This document shows, in pieces, positions 8,477-17,661 of a DNA stretch of 48,815 nt. The notes under the pieces were generated by a model that had not been told where the DNA came from, searched no databases, and was given only the letters and a program-made list of their open reading frames with translations. The number at the start of each line of letters is the position of its first letter. Positions within the stretch are counted from its first letter, which is position 1. Source of the DNA: Pseudomonadota bacterium (GTDB lineage Bacteria > Bdellovibrionota_B > Oligoflexia > Oligoflexales > CAIMVM01); the NCBI GenBank assembly GCA_037142195.1, contig JBAXBA010000019.1, positions 1-48,815 on the forward strand, in the 5' to 3' direction. A program made the translations under genes and the position numbers.

Positions 8477-9541
8477 ATGAGAATCAGATTCTTAACTGGA
8501 CTATTGATACTTTTAGCTACGGGCTGCCAATCGATGTCAAATTTAGACAATGGACGTTCTGAGGGAAAGAATGTGGCAGATGTGTCACCTAAAGTTCGCT
8601 TTGAAAAAATTATTTCAAGTTTGGAGTCTACGCTGACACAAACCATTGGGGATCAGGCAAGTGAAGATGAAATTCCTGCTTTAGCCTTAGGAGGCATAAG
8701 AAATGATTTGTTCAAAATGCAGAACCTCGCTGAAATTTATGAAAAGCGCTTTCCAAGCTTAGAGGGAATTCGGGCAGCCTCTAAAACCTTAGAAGATCGG
8801 GTGGGTGCCTACCGTGAAGCCAGCGAAAAATTAGAATTCGCCAAAACTCAAGGAGCAGATGCTCAAAAGATTGCTTCTCTTACTCAGCGAGTCGCAGATC
8901 AGCAAAAGTCGCTCGTTTCGCTGCTTGCATCTGAGTCTTGGAATCCAGGCTCTGCCTCTCCCTTGCTTTCCAAGTTCCGGACGATTGTAGGGGGAGTGGC
9001 TTGGGATAGCGCTGCAGCTGATAAAAGATTTTTGTATTCCAGCTTGTGCAATGTCGTGAAATTGATTGACGAAAAAAAATGGGACATGTCTAGGGATCTC
9101 AATGATGTGGTAGGTCTTCATACCTTAAAAAAAGAGGTGAGGTGGCATCGTATTGAGATATCTATGCTTGAAAACGATATCTTATCGAAATCCTCTAACA
9201 ACTGTGCCAATACACCAAGTCTCAAAGCCTATGATGAGTTTCTCGAACGAAATGGTCAGCTTGGAAATATTTGTGAAGTTGATAGTTCTCTAGACGACCT
9301 AAAAAATGTCGGAGATGACGGGAAATGTCAGCTTTCAACTTGCTACTTGTCCCGTCTCGATGAGCTCTATTCGTTAGTGAGTAGCCTCAAAGATGAAGCT
9401 GAGGGTTTAGAGGAGATTGGCAAGCCCTTGCCGCCTGGATTCCTGAAGCCAGCTCAAGACGCAATCGATACCATAAAGAAGGAAAAAATATTGAGGATGA
9501 TAGGATATGAACTAAAGTCGTGTGGAAATAAGTCGCGATAA
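8477..9541 (+). CDS. CHAD-like domain lipoprotein, paralog of the upstream gene
   Basis: Lipobox LATGC; SKTLEDRVG and GLHTLKKEVRWHRI; collinear with 7340-8443 including CxxxxC and the terminal LxSC. Confidence 0.68.
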   Translation: MRIRFLTGLLILLATGCQSMSNLDNGRSEGKNVADVSPKVRFEKIISSLESTLTQTIGDQASEDEIPALALGGIRNDLFKMQNLAEIYEKRFPSLEGIRAASKTLEDRVGAYREASEKLEFAKTQGADAQKIASLTQRVADQQKSLVSLLASESWNPGSASPLLSKFRTIVGGVAWDSAAADKRFLYSSLCNVVKLIDEKKWDMSRDLNDVVGLHTLKKEVRWHRIEISMLENDILSKSSNNCANTPSLKAYDEFLERNGQLGNICEVDSSLDDLKNVGDDGKCQLSTCYLSRLDELYSLVSSLKDEAEGLEEIGKPLPPGFLKPAQDAIDTIKKEKILRMIGYELKSCGNKSR

Positions 9542-9589
9542 AGAAGATAGAACATCAGTTGAAATTATCTGAAAGAGGAGTCAAATCGA

Positions 9590-11050
9590 ATGACAAATTT
9601 AAAAACATCTCACTTGAAGCTCTATTCTCTCTTATTGGTGATGGCGTCCACATATGCTTGCAAATTTAGAAATGACCAAGCCTCGGATCTTTTGGGGGAA
9701 GCTGACAGCCCGGAAATTCAGAAGTATAAACAGCTAAAACCTCGTTCTTGTGAGTCATCCAAAGCAGAGCTATTTAAGAATAAAAAAGCAGAAATTCCTA
9801 AGAAAATTATGATCAAGACCGACATTGATAACGTTTTTAAAATCCAGGGAGCAGCGTCAACCTTTGGGGTCATATATGACCCCTCTGCTGCGTTGGAAAT
9901 AAACAAGTTTATTCCTGTTGCCTTTGAAGGCAGGGGGAACTCTAGGGCAAGCCTTTGCGAAATGAAGCCCAGTCGAATCTATTTTATGCTGCAACCGAGC
10001 TCACCTGAAGATATTCAGAAGTTAGCCTTAAGACCCCAAGGCAGGATGGGAGCTGACAACTGGAAAACGATCGGCATTGCGCCAGAGACTCACAAGAAAA
10101 TTATTGACGACATGAATGCTAGTGGAATCCAGGGAGATCAAAAACGGCGTCAATTCTACTACGATGCATTTGTGGCGTCCCAGGTAAATCAAACCGTTCC
10201 CAAGGATGGATTTCCTCAAGATAAGTCCAGTTTTTTTGGGCAGGTTGGCGATGACTTAAAATTAGTAACTCACTGTGGAAAGACTACTCAAGCAGAGTGG
10301 GGCGGAAAAGACTATCCGGAACAGCAAGCACATCTTTTAAATGAGTTCTATATCTATCGTTTGCTCAATGAATGGAAATCTACCATTATCAAAACCAGTC
10401 TCCTAGATATCACTTATGTGAGAGCTGCATCTCAAGAAGCCATGGATTTTGAAGGGCATTCTAGCGCATTAGGTTTCTTAAGGGAGTCACGTACCAAGCT
10501 TGCCAATAGATGTGGACTTCTCTCCGAACTGCCGGCAAATACAGGAAATGCCGGAAGGGACGAGGTGTCATTTACTCAAGCAAATTTCTTAAATCATTTG
10601 TTTGTATCTTTAGACTATTCCGCGGATTTTGCGCACAACTCAGAAAATATTTATGACAGTAGTGGAAAGGAGTTTGTGACAACCTATGACTTTGATCTTT
10701 CTGGGATATGGTCTGAGACTTACTTCAAGAACCCAGGAACAATTGAACAAAATGCTGAGAATTTTAAGGATTTTTTATCAGAAAAAATCGGAGATGAAAA
10801 GTATCTTACACAGGTCCTATTTGTTCTTGGAAAAATGAAGAAAATAAATGACAAAATTGACAAAATTGAAGCCGTGATCAACCCAAACGCGGCTCCTGAG
10901 CAAAAGAAGTTTGTAAGATGGATCAAAGCCTTTGAGCCTGTTCTTCGCGGTTTCGTGGAAAGCCATCGCGCGACTCATGGTCCCTATATCGAGGCTGTTG
11001 AGAAGTTTCAGGCTAAATCTCAGAATGAACAACCAGACCCTGAAGGTTAA
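9590..11050 (+). CDS. CotH-kinase-like lipoprotein
   Basis: Signal ending TYAC; GRGNSR..C, LKLVTHC, NEFYIYRLLN, GFLRE, LDYS...HN and YDFDLSG match CotH-like atypical kinase motifs. Confidence 0.7.
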   Translation: MTNLKTSHLKLYSLLLVMASTYACKFRNDQASDLLGEADSPEIQKYKQLKPRSCESSKAELFKNKKAEIPKKIMIKTDIDNVFKIQGAASTFGVIYDPSAALEINKFIPVAFEGRGNSRASLCEMKPSRIYFMLQPSSPEDIQKLALRPQGRMGADNWKTIGIAPETHKKIIDDMNASGIQGDQKRRQFYYDAFVASQVNQTVPKDGFPQDKSSFFGQVGDDLKLVTHCGKTTQAEWGGKDYPEQQAHLLNEFYIYRLLNEWKSTIIKTSLLDITYVRAASQEAMDFEGHSSALGFLRESRTKLANRCGLLSELPANTGNAGRDEVSFTQANFLNHLFVSLDYSADFAHNSENIYDSSGKEFVTTYDFDLSGIWSETYFKNPGTIEQNAENFKDFLSEKIGDEKYLTQVLFVLGKMKKINDKIDKIEAVINPNAAPEQKKFVRWIKAFEPVLRGFVESHRATHGPYIEAVEKFQAKSQNEQPDPEG

Positions 11051-11138
11051 ACCTAAGTTCCTAGTATTTGCGATCCAATTTTGCCGATGAAATAAATTTA
11101 GGGAAAATTCTAGTCATGCTCCCGCCAAAAGTGGACGG

Positions 11139-12299
11139 CTAGATGTTTTCCTTGAAGTCTTTTAGGGTTTCGATGAATTCACTGGAAATCACAGATTTTT
11201 TGTCAAGCTTCATCTGAAAGGCCTCAATTTGACTTGGGTCAAGATTTATGTTTTTGATGGCAAGCTTTAATTTTGGATCTGTTTTGGGATCAATATTCAT
11301 CTCCCGCAAAAACTTACGGGCTTTGGTAGATTCTTGAAGGTACGTTGTAACTTCTTTTACGGCGCCTGGAAGTGATGAATAGTAATCCAGAGCCGGATTC
11401 CATGCACCGAGCATGAGTCGAGCTTGCCTTGCCTTTTCGTCAAGGCCATTTCGTGCTTCTTCTAGTCGAGCGAGTTTAAAGGTTGTGATGGCTGCTAGGT
11501 AGTTGGCTCTGAGCCTTATCAAGTATTCGGAAGCATCCCACCAAACTTGCACTTCTTTATCGGCGTTAGTCATATCCTCAAAAGAGACTTTTCCTTCCGC
11601 AAGAGCCTTTTTCTTTCGCATGCCGTTTTCAATGATTTCAAGCATCGATTCTGGTTTAAATCCGTTCTTTTTCGCAAAAATTTCTTGATTGGGATTTACA
11701 AAGTGAAGCAAAGCGGAGATTGCATAAAGATCATTCATTGAGGATTCTTTTGAGAGTACATCCAAAGAATACTGATGCTTTAAACATGCGCCCGAAACAG
11801 ACCTTAGAAACTCTGATGCGGCATCAAAGCGAAGCGAATCTCGACGTTCAGGGGTATCTAAGCCTGTGCCCTTCCAAATCTGGAATTCAAAAGCAGAAAA
11901 ATAGATTCCAGCTTGGGCCAGTTTACGCTCAATAAACTCACTTTCTACCATAGATTTCCAGGCAGAATCACGAATACCAGCTCCGATGGCCTGTCGCCCG
12001 TCACTGCCGAGTTCATCTACTTTGGAATCGACAGCGGTTACAGAATCGCTGACTTTCTTCATGTCGGCTGTGACTTGTTCTAGGGATTCTGTCATTTTTC
12101 CCATTTTATCTTTCAATACAGCGGTGTCATCTTTCATTTCACCGGTGCTCTTTTTCATTTCTTCGGTATTTTGAGTCATCGTGCCCATTTGATCGTTCAT
12201 CGAGTCCGTATTGTCCGCCGTTCTGTGGGCAACATCATTCAGTCCGCAAGATGTCAACATAAGAGTCAAAAGGGAAAGTTTAGGGAATCGTGGGAGCAT
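11139..12299 (-). CDS. Hypothetical lipoprotein with N-terminal heptad coiled coil
   Basis: Lipobox LTSC; Met/Val heptads MNDQMGTMTQNTEEMKK...VDSKVDEL. Confidence 0.8.
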   Translation of the reverse strand: MLPRFPKLSLLTLMLTSCGLNDVAHRTADNTDSMNDQMGTMTQNTEEMKKSTGEMKDDTAVLKDKMGKMTESLEQVTADMKKVSDSVTAVDSKVDELGSDGRQAIGAGIRDSAWKSMVESEFIERKLAQAGIYFSAFEFQIWKGTGLDTPERRDSLRFDAASEFLRSVSGACLKHQYSLDVLSKESSMNDLYAISALLHFVNPNQEIFAKKNGFKPESMLEIIENGMRKKKALAEGKVSFEDMTNADKEVQVWWDASEYLIRLRANYLAAITTFKLARLEEARNGLDEKARQARLMLGAWNPALDYYSSLPGAVKEVTTYLQESTKARKFLREMNIDPKTDPKLKLAIKNINLDPSQIEAFQMKLDKKSVISSEFIETLKDFKENI

Positions 12300-12600
12300 C
12301 GATTTTTTCCTTATCTTATGAGTTCGATTCGCAGCACCTAGGGCTTTGCAGTTCTTCGGGACGGGTTCTGGATTCGAGAAACTGAAAATACATAACCGGA
12401 AGTGCTTCTTTAATCAGCAGCAGACCTTATGTCTGCTCCTAAGGAGATGTCAATGGAAAATTTGATTCTATGGAGATGGCTAAAGTGCCGAGACTGTAAT
12501 AATTTCTGGATGTTAAGCATGGCGAGATGAGTCGCAGCAGAAATTGATATTTTAGATCTTGCCCTAGTTCATGGTTTGTTGCTAACTTCTGCTCCGATGC

Positions 12601-12677
12601 GATCCCATAGCTCAGCCGGATAGAGCGATGCTTTCCTAAAGCATAGGTCGGACGTTCGAATCGTCTTGGGGTCGCCA
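12601..12677 (+). tRNA. tRNA-Arg(CCT)
   Basis: Acceptor GATCCCA/TGGGGTC, D arm GCTC/GAGC, anticodon arm ATGCT-TTCCTAA-AGCAT, T arm GGACG-TTCGAAT-CGTCT, encoded CCA. Confidence 0.97.
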
Positions 12678-13048
12678 TTCTCCTCTTTTTTTCCTTCTCT
12701 TATTCCTCTATTATGTCTCTTATTACGTATTATTACGTCTCTAACCCTTTTTTTTAGTTCCTGGAACTTTAAGGATTTTTAGGGGAGCCCCTCAAGTTCG
12801 GGGCTCCGCTGGTGAGGCATTTCCAGGAATTCTCTTTCTTTTGCAAACGAAGATTTCCACTGAGATTCCTTCAGCTGGATTATTTGAATTCCCATGTTGG
12901 AATTCCCAAGTCTATGAAGAAATTGCTTAAAGTATGAAAATCGAATTGCAAATTTGGTACTTCGCCTATGACAAATAAATACATGGAATCTTCTAAATTT
13001 CACGTAGCTGGGCTAAAATGGTATAAATTCATGGGGTTTGCCTTAAAT

Positions 13049-14077
13049 ATGAAATATTTTGGATTGGTTTTGTTGCTTGCCTTGGCCTGTGTTTCGACAC
13101 CCTCATGTCCAGAAGAGGGCTGTGCCTCTGAGATTGCATTGAAGGAAAAGAGTGATTTGCAGAATTCTCCTTCTTCGGATGTACCAGAAAAGTCGGTGGG
13201 CTCAGCGGATAAGGCCCCACAGGCTTCGCCCAGTGAAGGTGGCCCAGAGATTTCCTCAAGAGAGGCTTCTGTAAAAGACGAAGCGCCAAAAGATGCTGGC
13301 GTTCCGGCGGAGGGAGGAGCGCCTGCTGCTGAACCCACAAGCTTTTTATGGGATACTTCTTCGGAAGAGGCGCCAGACACCGTATTAATTATGAGTCCAA
13401 CTCGGTATCGCGATGATTTTAAGCTCGATGTCTGGCGCCAGATGGGTCAATGTTCTGATTGTACCCAAAAATTTAATGTAGATCTCTTAACAGTTCATGC
13501 ATCGGCTGAGCTTGATAAAGACGAATGGCTCAAAATATTGGCTCCGATGCATGACAAATATTCTAAAAAAATGACACTTAAAGTTTTAGTGCTTCCTGGT
13601 CTTCAAGATTCTTTTTTGATTCATCTTCGGGAAATTTGGGCTCAATTGCCGGGCATCGAACGTATCATCCTGATGGATCCTGGAGCGCTAGAAGGACTCA
13701 ATGGGATTGTAAATATCACCAGCACTGCTTCTAAGCTGATCAAAAGTTTGAAGAAAATTCCCGATTTTCCAAGTTTAGAAGTATTAGGGCTTTTTAACGG
13801 ACGAGCGTTTGAAAAAGATCGACGTCGGATCATGGCTGGAAATAGCGCTTTTCTTTATACTGAGTTAGGTATGGCCGATAAAAGAGGCCTAGACTATTTA
13901 GTTGATTGGTTTTTTATGTCTCGCCGTGGGATTACGTCACCCTTTGCTTATGGAGCTGCTTCTAAGGAAGATATGGCCCGAATCCGCGGGGTAAGTCCCG
14001 CCGCTTGGTTTCAAAGATCACAGGGCTCACTTACAGAGGACCCGAGTGACGATGTATTAAAGCTGATGCTCCCCTAG
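13049..14077 (+). CDS. Hypothetical exported protein or lipoprotein with a Pro/Ser/Glu-rich linker
   Basis: MKYFGLVLLLALAC signal, low-complexity linker, then an alpha/beta-like C-terminal domain; start chosen from the signal peptide. Confidence 0.7.
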   Translation: MKYFGLVLLLALACVSTPSCPEEGCASEIALKEKSDLQNSPSSDVPEKSVGSADKAPQASPSEGGPEISSREASVKDEAPKDAGVPAEGGAPAAEPTSFLWDTSSEEAPDTVLIMSPTRYRDDFKLDVWRQMGQCSDCTQKFNVDLLTVHASAELDKDEWLKILAPMHDKYSKKMTLKVLVLPGLQDSFLIHLREIWAQLPGIERIILMDPGALEGLNGIVNITSTASKLIKSLKKIPDFPSLEVLGLFNGRAFEKDRRRIMAGNSAFLYTELGMADKRGLDYLVDWFFMSRRGITSPFAYGAASKEDMARIRGVSPAAWFQRSQGSLTEDPSDDVLKLMLP

Positions 14078-14153
14078 GTGCATTAAAGGTTAAACATACT
14101 GGAGATAGAGCTTATTCTGAGTTATACCTATCTCATTCTGTTGAGCTTTTCGA

Positions 14154-14411
14154 ATGCTTGGAAGGACGGTTTCATTGATACTTAGTGCTGAGGAAAAAGC
14201 AGCTATATTAGCTCAAGGTCTACCGCTTCCTCCCTCAAAACCTCTTGACAGTGAGTGTTGTGACAATGGGTGCGAGCCTTGTATTTTTGATTGGTATGAC
14301 CAGAAAATTCAATTGTGGTGCAAGAAGGCTCTTGTGGTCTGGCCAGAAGGTAAGGGGATAGTTCAAGAACTCCTAAGAGAACGTGGTATGAATGAGGATC
14401 AGTTAAAATGA
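14154..14411 (+). CDS. Oxidoreductase-like domain protein
   Basis: PPSKPLDSECCDNGCEPCIFDWY matches the family's P..P...eCC.sGC.pCvfd.Y motif. Confidence 0.85.
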   Translation: MLGRTVSLILSAEEKAAILAQGLPLPPSKPLDSECCDNGCEPCIFDWYDQKIQLWCKKALVVWPEGKGIVQELLRERGMNEDQLK

Positions 14412-15373
14412 ATATTGTAGTTGCAGATATCGGTGGTACGAAGGCAAGGTTAGGGTTAGTCGATGCTCATTTAAATCTCAAAGAGGTTATGGACTTTCCC
14501 ACCTCCGAGTTTCCTCATTTTACCGCTATACTTGAGAGTTATCTTTTCAAATTAAAGCTACAACCTGATGCCATTGGTATCGGGGTGGCTGGGGCTGTGC
14601 AAGGCGACTCTGTTTTCATGCCTAATCTCGGATGGACATTAAATGGCCCAGAAATAAGAGCTAGTTTTAAAGTGAAGGATGTTATTTTTCTGAATGACTT
14701 AGAGGCGTTTGCTTGGGGAGTAGAAACATCAGAGCGAACTTCGGTTTTGAAACCTGGAAACGCAGTTTCTGGGAATAGGGCCGTAATAGCTTCGGGAACG
14801 GGCCTCGGGATGGCAGTCATTCACTCCCATAACGGAAAGTTTATTCCTTTCGCTACAGAGGGTGGCCATGTTTCTTTCGCTCCCAGGCCAGGCGATGAAG
14901 GACTGGCAGCGTTCATCTCTTCGAAATGTGATGGACATGCAAGTTGGGAACGTGTGGTTTCAGGGAAGTATGGATTTTCTAACCTCCTTGAATTCTTAAA
15001 AAAGGACTTCGATTCCTCTCACTATGAAGTTTTCAAACGTTGCCCATCCGAAAGCGTGGGTTCAGAAATAGGGATTCAAGCCCATAGTGGCAATCCCCTA
15101 GCGGTGGCTGTCATGGAAAGATTTTGTTACTATTACGGAGCCCAATCGTCCAATCTTGCTTTGATGTCATTTGCCGTAGGTGGGGTCTACCTTGCAGGCG
15201 GTGTGGCTCTCAAAATTAAAGATTTCCTCACCCAAAAACCTTGGTTTGTAGACGGTTTTCTAAATAAAGGCAGGTACCGGGAGTTTCTAGCCCCCATTCC
15301 CGTCCTTCTGCTAGAGGATGAACTTTGTGCCCTTCGTGGGTCTGCTAAAAAAGTCTTGTATCAATTGTCTTAG
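14408..15373 (+). CDS. glk: Glucokinase
   Basis: ADIGGT, LNDLEA, GTGLG, TEGGH, ERVVSG, GGVYLAGG, FLNKGR. Confidence 0.93.
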   Translation: MNIVVADIGGTKARLGLVDAHLNLKEVMDFPTSEFPHFTAILESYLFKLKLQPDAIGIGVAGAVQGDSVFMPNLGWTLNGPEIRASFKVKDVIFLNDLEAFAWGVETSERTSVLKPGNAVSGNRAVIASGTGLGMAVIHSHNGKFIPFATEGGHVSFAPRPGDEGLAAFISSKCDGHASWERVVSGKYGFSNLLEFLKKDFDSSHYEVFKRCPSESVGSEIGIQAHSGNPLAVAVMERFCYYYGAQSSNLALMSFAVGGVYLAGGVALKIKDFLTQKPWFVDGFLNKGRYREFLAPIPVLLLEDELCALRGSAKKVLYQLS

Positions 15374-15455
15374 CCATAGAGGGTCGATAGAGGACTTCCA
15401 TGAGGTCGTAACTTGCTTTTTTTAGGACTTAAAAAGACAATTCATTTCAAGATCA

Positions 15456-15485
15456 GCCCATCAAATCGAAATTTAATTTGATGGG
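15456..15485. terminator. Hairpin between convergent genes
   Basis: CCCATCAAAT...ATTTGATGGG inverted repeat. Confidence 0.55.
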
Positions 15486-15501
15486 TTTCAGCTTTCCTCA
15501 A

Positions 15502-16362
15502 TTAGTCGCTTTCTTTACTAATCTGGCTAAGAACCGTCGCAATCTCATGTCTGACACCATAGGATTTTGACATAATGCTTTCGGAATCTTGGATGTTATG
15601 AAATAGGTTAATCATACTATTGATACTCTTCACGATGAGTTGTGCATTTTCTACACGAATCAACTCGGGATGGGCTCTATAGAACAATAGAATTTCCGAA
15701 AGCTCAAAAGCAATGGAACTCAAGTCATAATAGTGCCAATGACGAGCTCCTTGTGAGCAGCTTTTTATGACGCGATACAAAAAGCCGAGCTCTTTTGCCT
15801 GTTCCGCTTTATCTAAAATGTTCTTAACGGAGCCCTTGCAAAAAGCTAACTGTCCTTCATAGAGTTCGATGAATTCTTCTTTGGTAGCGCCATTGTCCCA
15901 GCTATTTCCTGAGTCTACGCCTAAATCTGGGAGCCTAATTGCCGATGCCGAACTCATTCTTTGACTGGCGAGGCTCGCTTGCTGGCTCTTAGACTTGTCC
16001 ATCGCGTCCACTAAAAGAGCTTTTAAATGTTCTGACACAAAGGGTTTATCTAGAAAGTCGAAAGCTCCGAGGCGCACAGCATCCATCGCTGTCGATTTGG
16101 TTCCATTTCCAGTTAGAACGATAAAGGGGAGCTTAAATCCACTTTCCCGCACCTTGCGCAAAAAGCCAATGCCATTTAATTTAGGCATGCTTAAATCTGA
16201 GATAATGACATCGATGGGATGCTTGGCCGCCATTTCAAGGCCTGCCTCACCATTTTCAGCGCAAATCGCTGAAAAGCCAATTTCTTCGACATACATTTGA
16301 AGAATGTCCCTAAGATCTTCTTCATCATCTACTATCAAAACTGTTTTGGTGTCGTTTGTCAT
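15502..16362 (-). CDS. Response regulator: receiver plus C-terminal HPt-like helical domain
   Basis: VLIVDDE, IISDLSMP, VLTG, FLDKP; start set at MTNDTK (AAGGA RBS). Confidence 0.9.
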   Translation of the reverse strand: MTNDTKTVLIVDDEEDLRDILQMYVEEIGFSAICAENGEAGLEMAAKHPIDVIISDLSMPKLNGIGFLRKVRESGFKLPFIVLTGNGTKSTAMDAVRLGAFDFLDKPFVSEHLKALLVDAMDKSKSQQASLASQRMSSASAIRLPDLGVDSGNSWDNGATKEEFIELYEGQLAFCKGSVKNILDKAEQAKELGFLYRVIKSCSQGARHWHYYDLSSIAFELSEILLFYRAHPELIRVENAQLIVKSINSMINLFHNIQDSESIMSKSYGVRHEIATVLSQISKESD

Positions 16363-16467
16363 AAGAGAAGTCCTTGTGGTCAACATCATGGGGAGCCGGT
16401 TTATGGAGATTTATAGATATCTATAGTCTCAAAACGCGACTTCCCATAATTATGACATCTTTAAATA

Positions 16468-17586
16468 TCAAAAGCCAGCTTTGGGACCGAGATGTCGGGT
16501 GGTGGAAGAAGATACAGGAGGTCTTATGTGAAGGCTTCTACCTTTGTCTTTACCCTTTTCAAAGCTACCGCGATCTCGCGGAGATTCGGATACGGATTTG
16601 TTCACGGTTCTAGGGTGGCGTCGTGCATAATATTGAGCTAAAAGAGCATCGCTTTTGACGGCAAGGGCATAAGCACTAGAATTGCTAGAAGTCGGCTTTT
16701 GTTGGGCACAAAGCTGTTCGGAAACTCCTGCCAGAATTCCATCAAAATAGGATTTTCTGTTGATTGTTGACAAAGATCTTTTTTGCTCGATTCGGTACTG
16801 GGATTCTAGGGTTTGTTGGAGGAAATAATAGACATGCTCCGCCAATTCAATGCTGTGGAGGGGGCCTAGGATTTCAATGGTTTGAAAGGACTCTAGGAGA
16901 TTCGCTTCAAACTCGCTGCAATAGATCACTCTCACATTGTAATGTTGGGAAAGAATAGCCCCAATCTTACTATAGTGTCGTTCTAAACGTTTTTTTTTGG
17001 GACGAATGATTCTGGTTTCAAAATCGTCATCCGACTCGTTCGGGGAAATAGACCGTTCTTGCTGTAGTTTCATAGCTTTGGCGAGAGCAGTTGCGGCTTC
17101 ATGGGGATTGTTAGACTCAGAAAGAGCAAGTAGCTTCTTAAGTCGCTCCCTTAGTTTTTGAAGCTCAGAATCTCCAGAATGAGAAGTCAGTTTTTTCCAG
17201 TCAAAGGCCTTCATTTCTGATTCTGTTTGGAATTCTGAGAGCTCAACCTTGGGGCTTCTTGCCCAAGGCTCGACCCAAATCATTTTGCAGGCTGCAAAAA
17301 ACTGGGGACCGTGACCTTCGTCACCGCCAAGAAGTTCATCGGCAATCTGGTGAGCCATTTCATGGCGTAAAATCTGACATACTACTTCCCAGGGGGCGCA
17401 AGCCATCATATTCCGGCTTATAGAAATCGTTCTCGTTTCTGCGTTCCAAGTGCCTAAAGTAGTGGAGCCTTCGTTAAGCCTGAGATTGGCAGGACTTAGG
17501 CCCTTGATACGGTAACAGTAGAGAATGCTTTCATACTCTTTAACCAGTCTTAGTAGCCAAAACCTAGAGAAGGTAGAAGTTTCCAT
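16468..17586 (-). CDS. SprT-like metalloprotease / DUF2786 domain protein
   Basis: LGTW, LRHEMAHQ and HGPQF (SprT-like); LKKLLALSESNNPHEAATALAKA (DUF2786). Confidence 0.88.
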   Translation of the reverse strand: METSTFSRFWLLRLVKEYESILYCYRIKGLSPANLRLNEGSTTLGTWNAETRTISISRNMMACAPWEVVCQILRHEMAHQIADELLGGDEGHGPQFFAACKMIWVEPWARSPKVELSEFQTESEMKAFDWKKLTSHSGDSELQKLRERLKKLLALSESNNPHEAATALAKAMKLQQERSISPNESDDDFETRIIRPKKKRLERHYSKIGAILSQHYNVRVIYCSEFEANLLESFQTIEILGPLHSIELAEHVYYFLQQTLESQYRIEQKRSLSTINRKSYFDGILAGVSEQLCAQQKPTSSNSSAYALAVKSDALLAQYYARRHPRTVNKSVSESPRDRGSFEKGKDKGRSLHIRPPVSSSTTRHLGPKAGF

Positions 17587-17661
17587 AAACGATATGCCCT
17601 TGAATGAGTCGTAAGCGGCTACTATTATGGCTCGCGGCTCTTTTTGCAAACTAAAAAGTTA

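Noticed and set aside
12601..12677. Genomic island integrated at tRNA-Arg
   Set aside because: I found no duplicate of its 3' end and no tyrosine integrase in the window; ORF 12439-12678 is only the tRNA antisense
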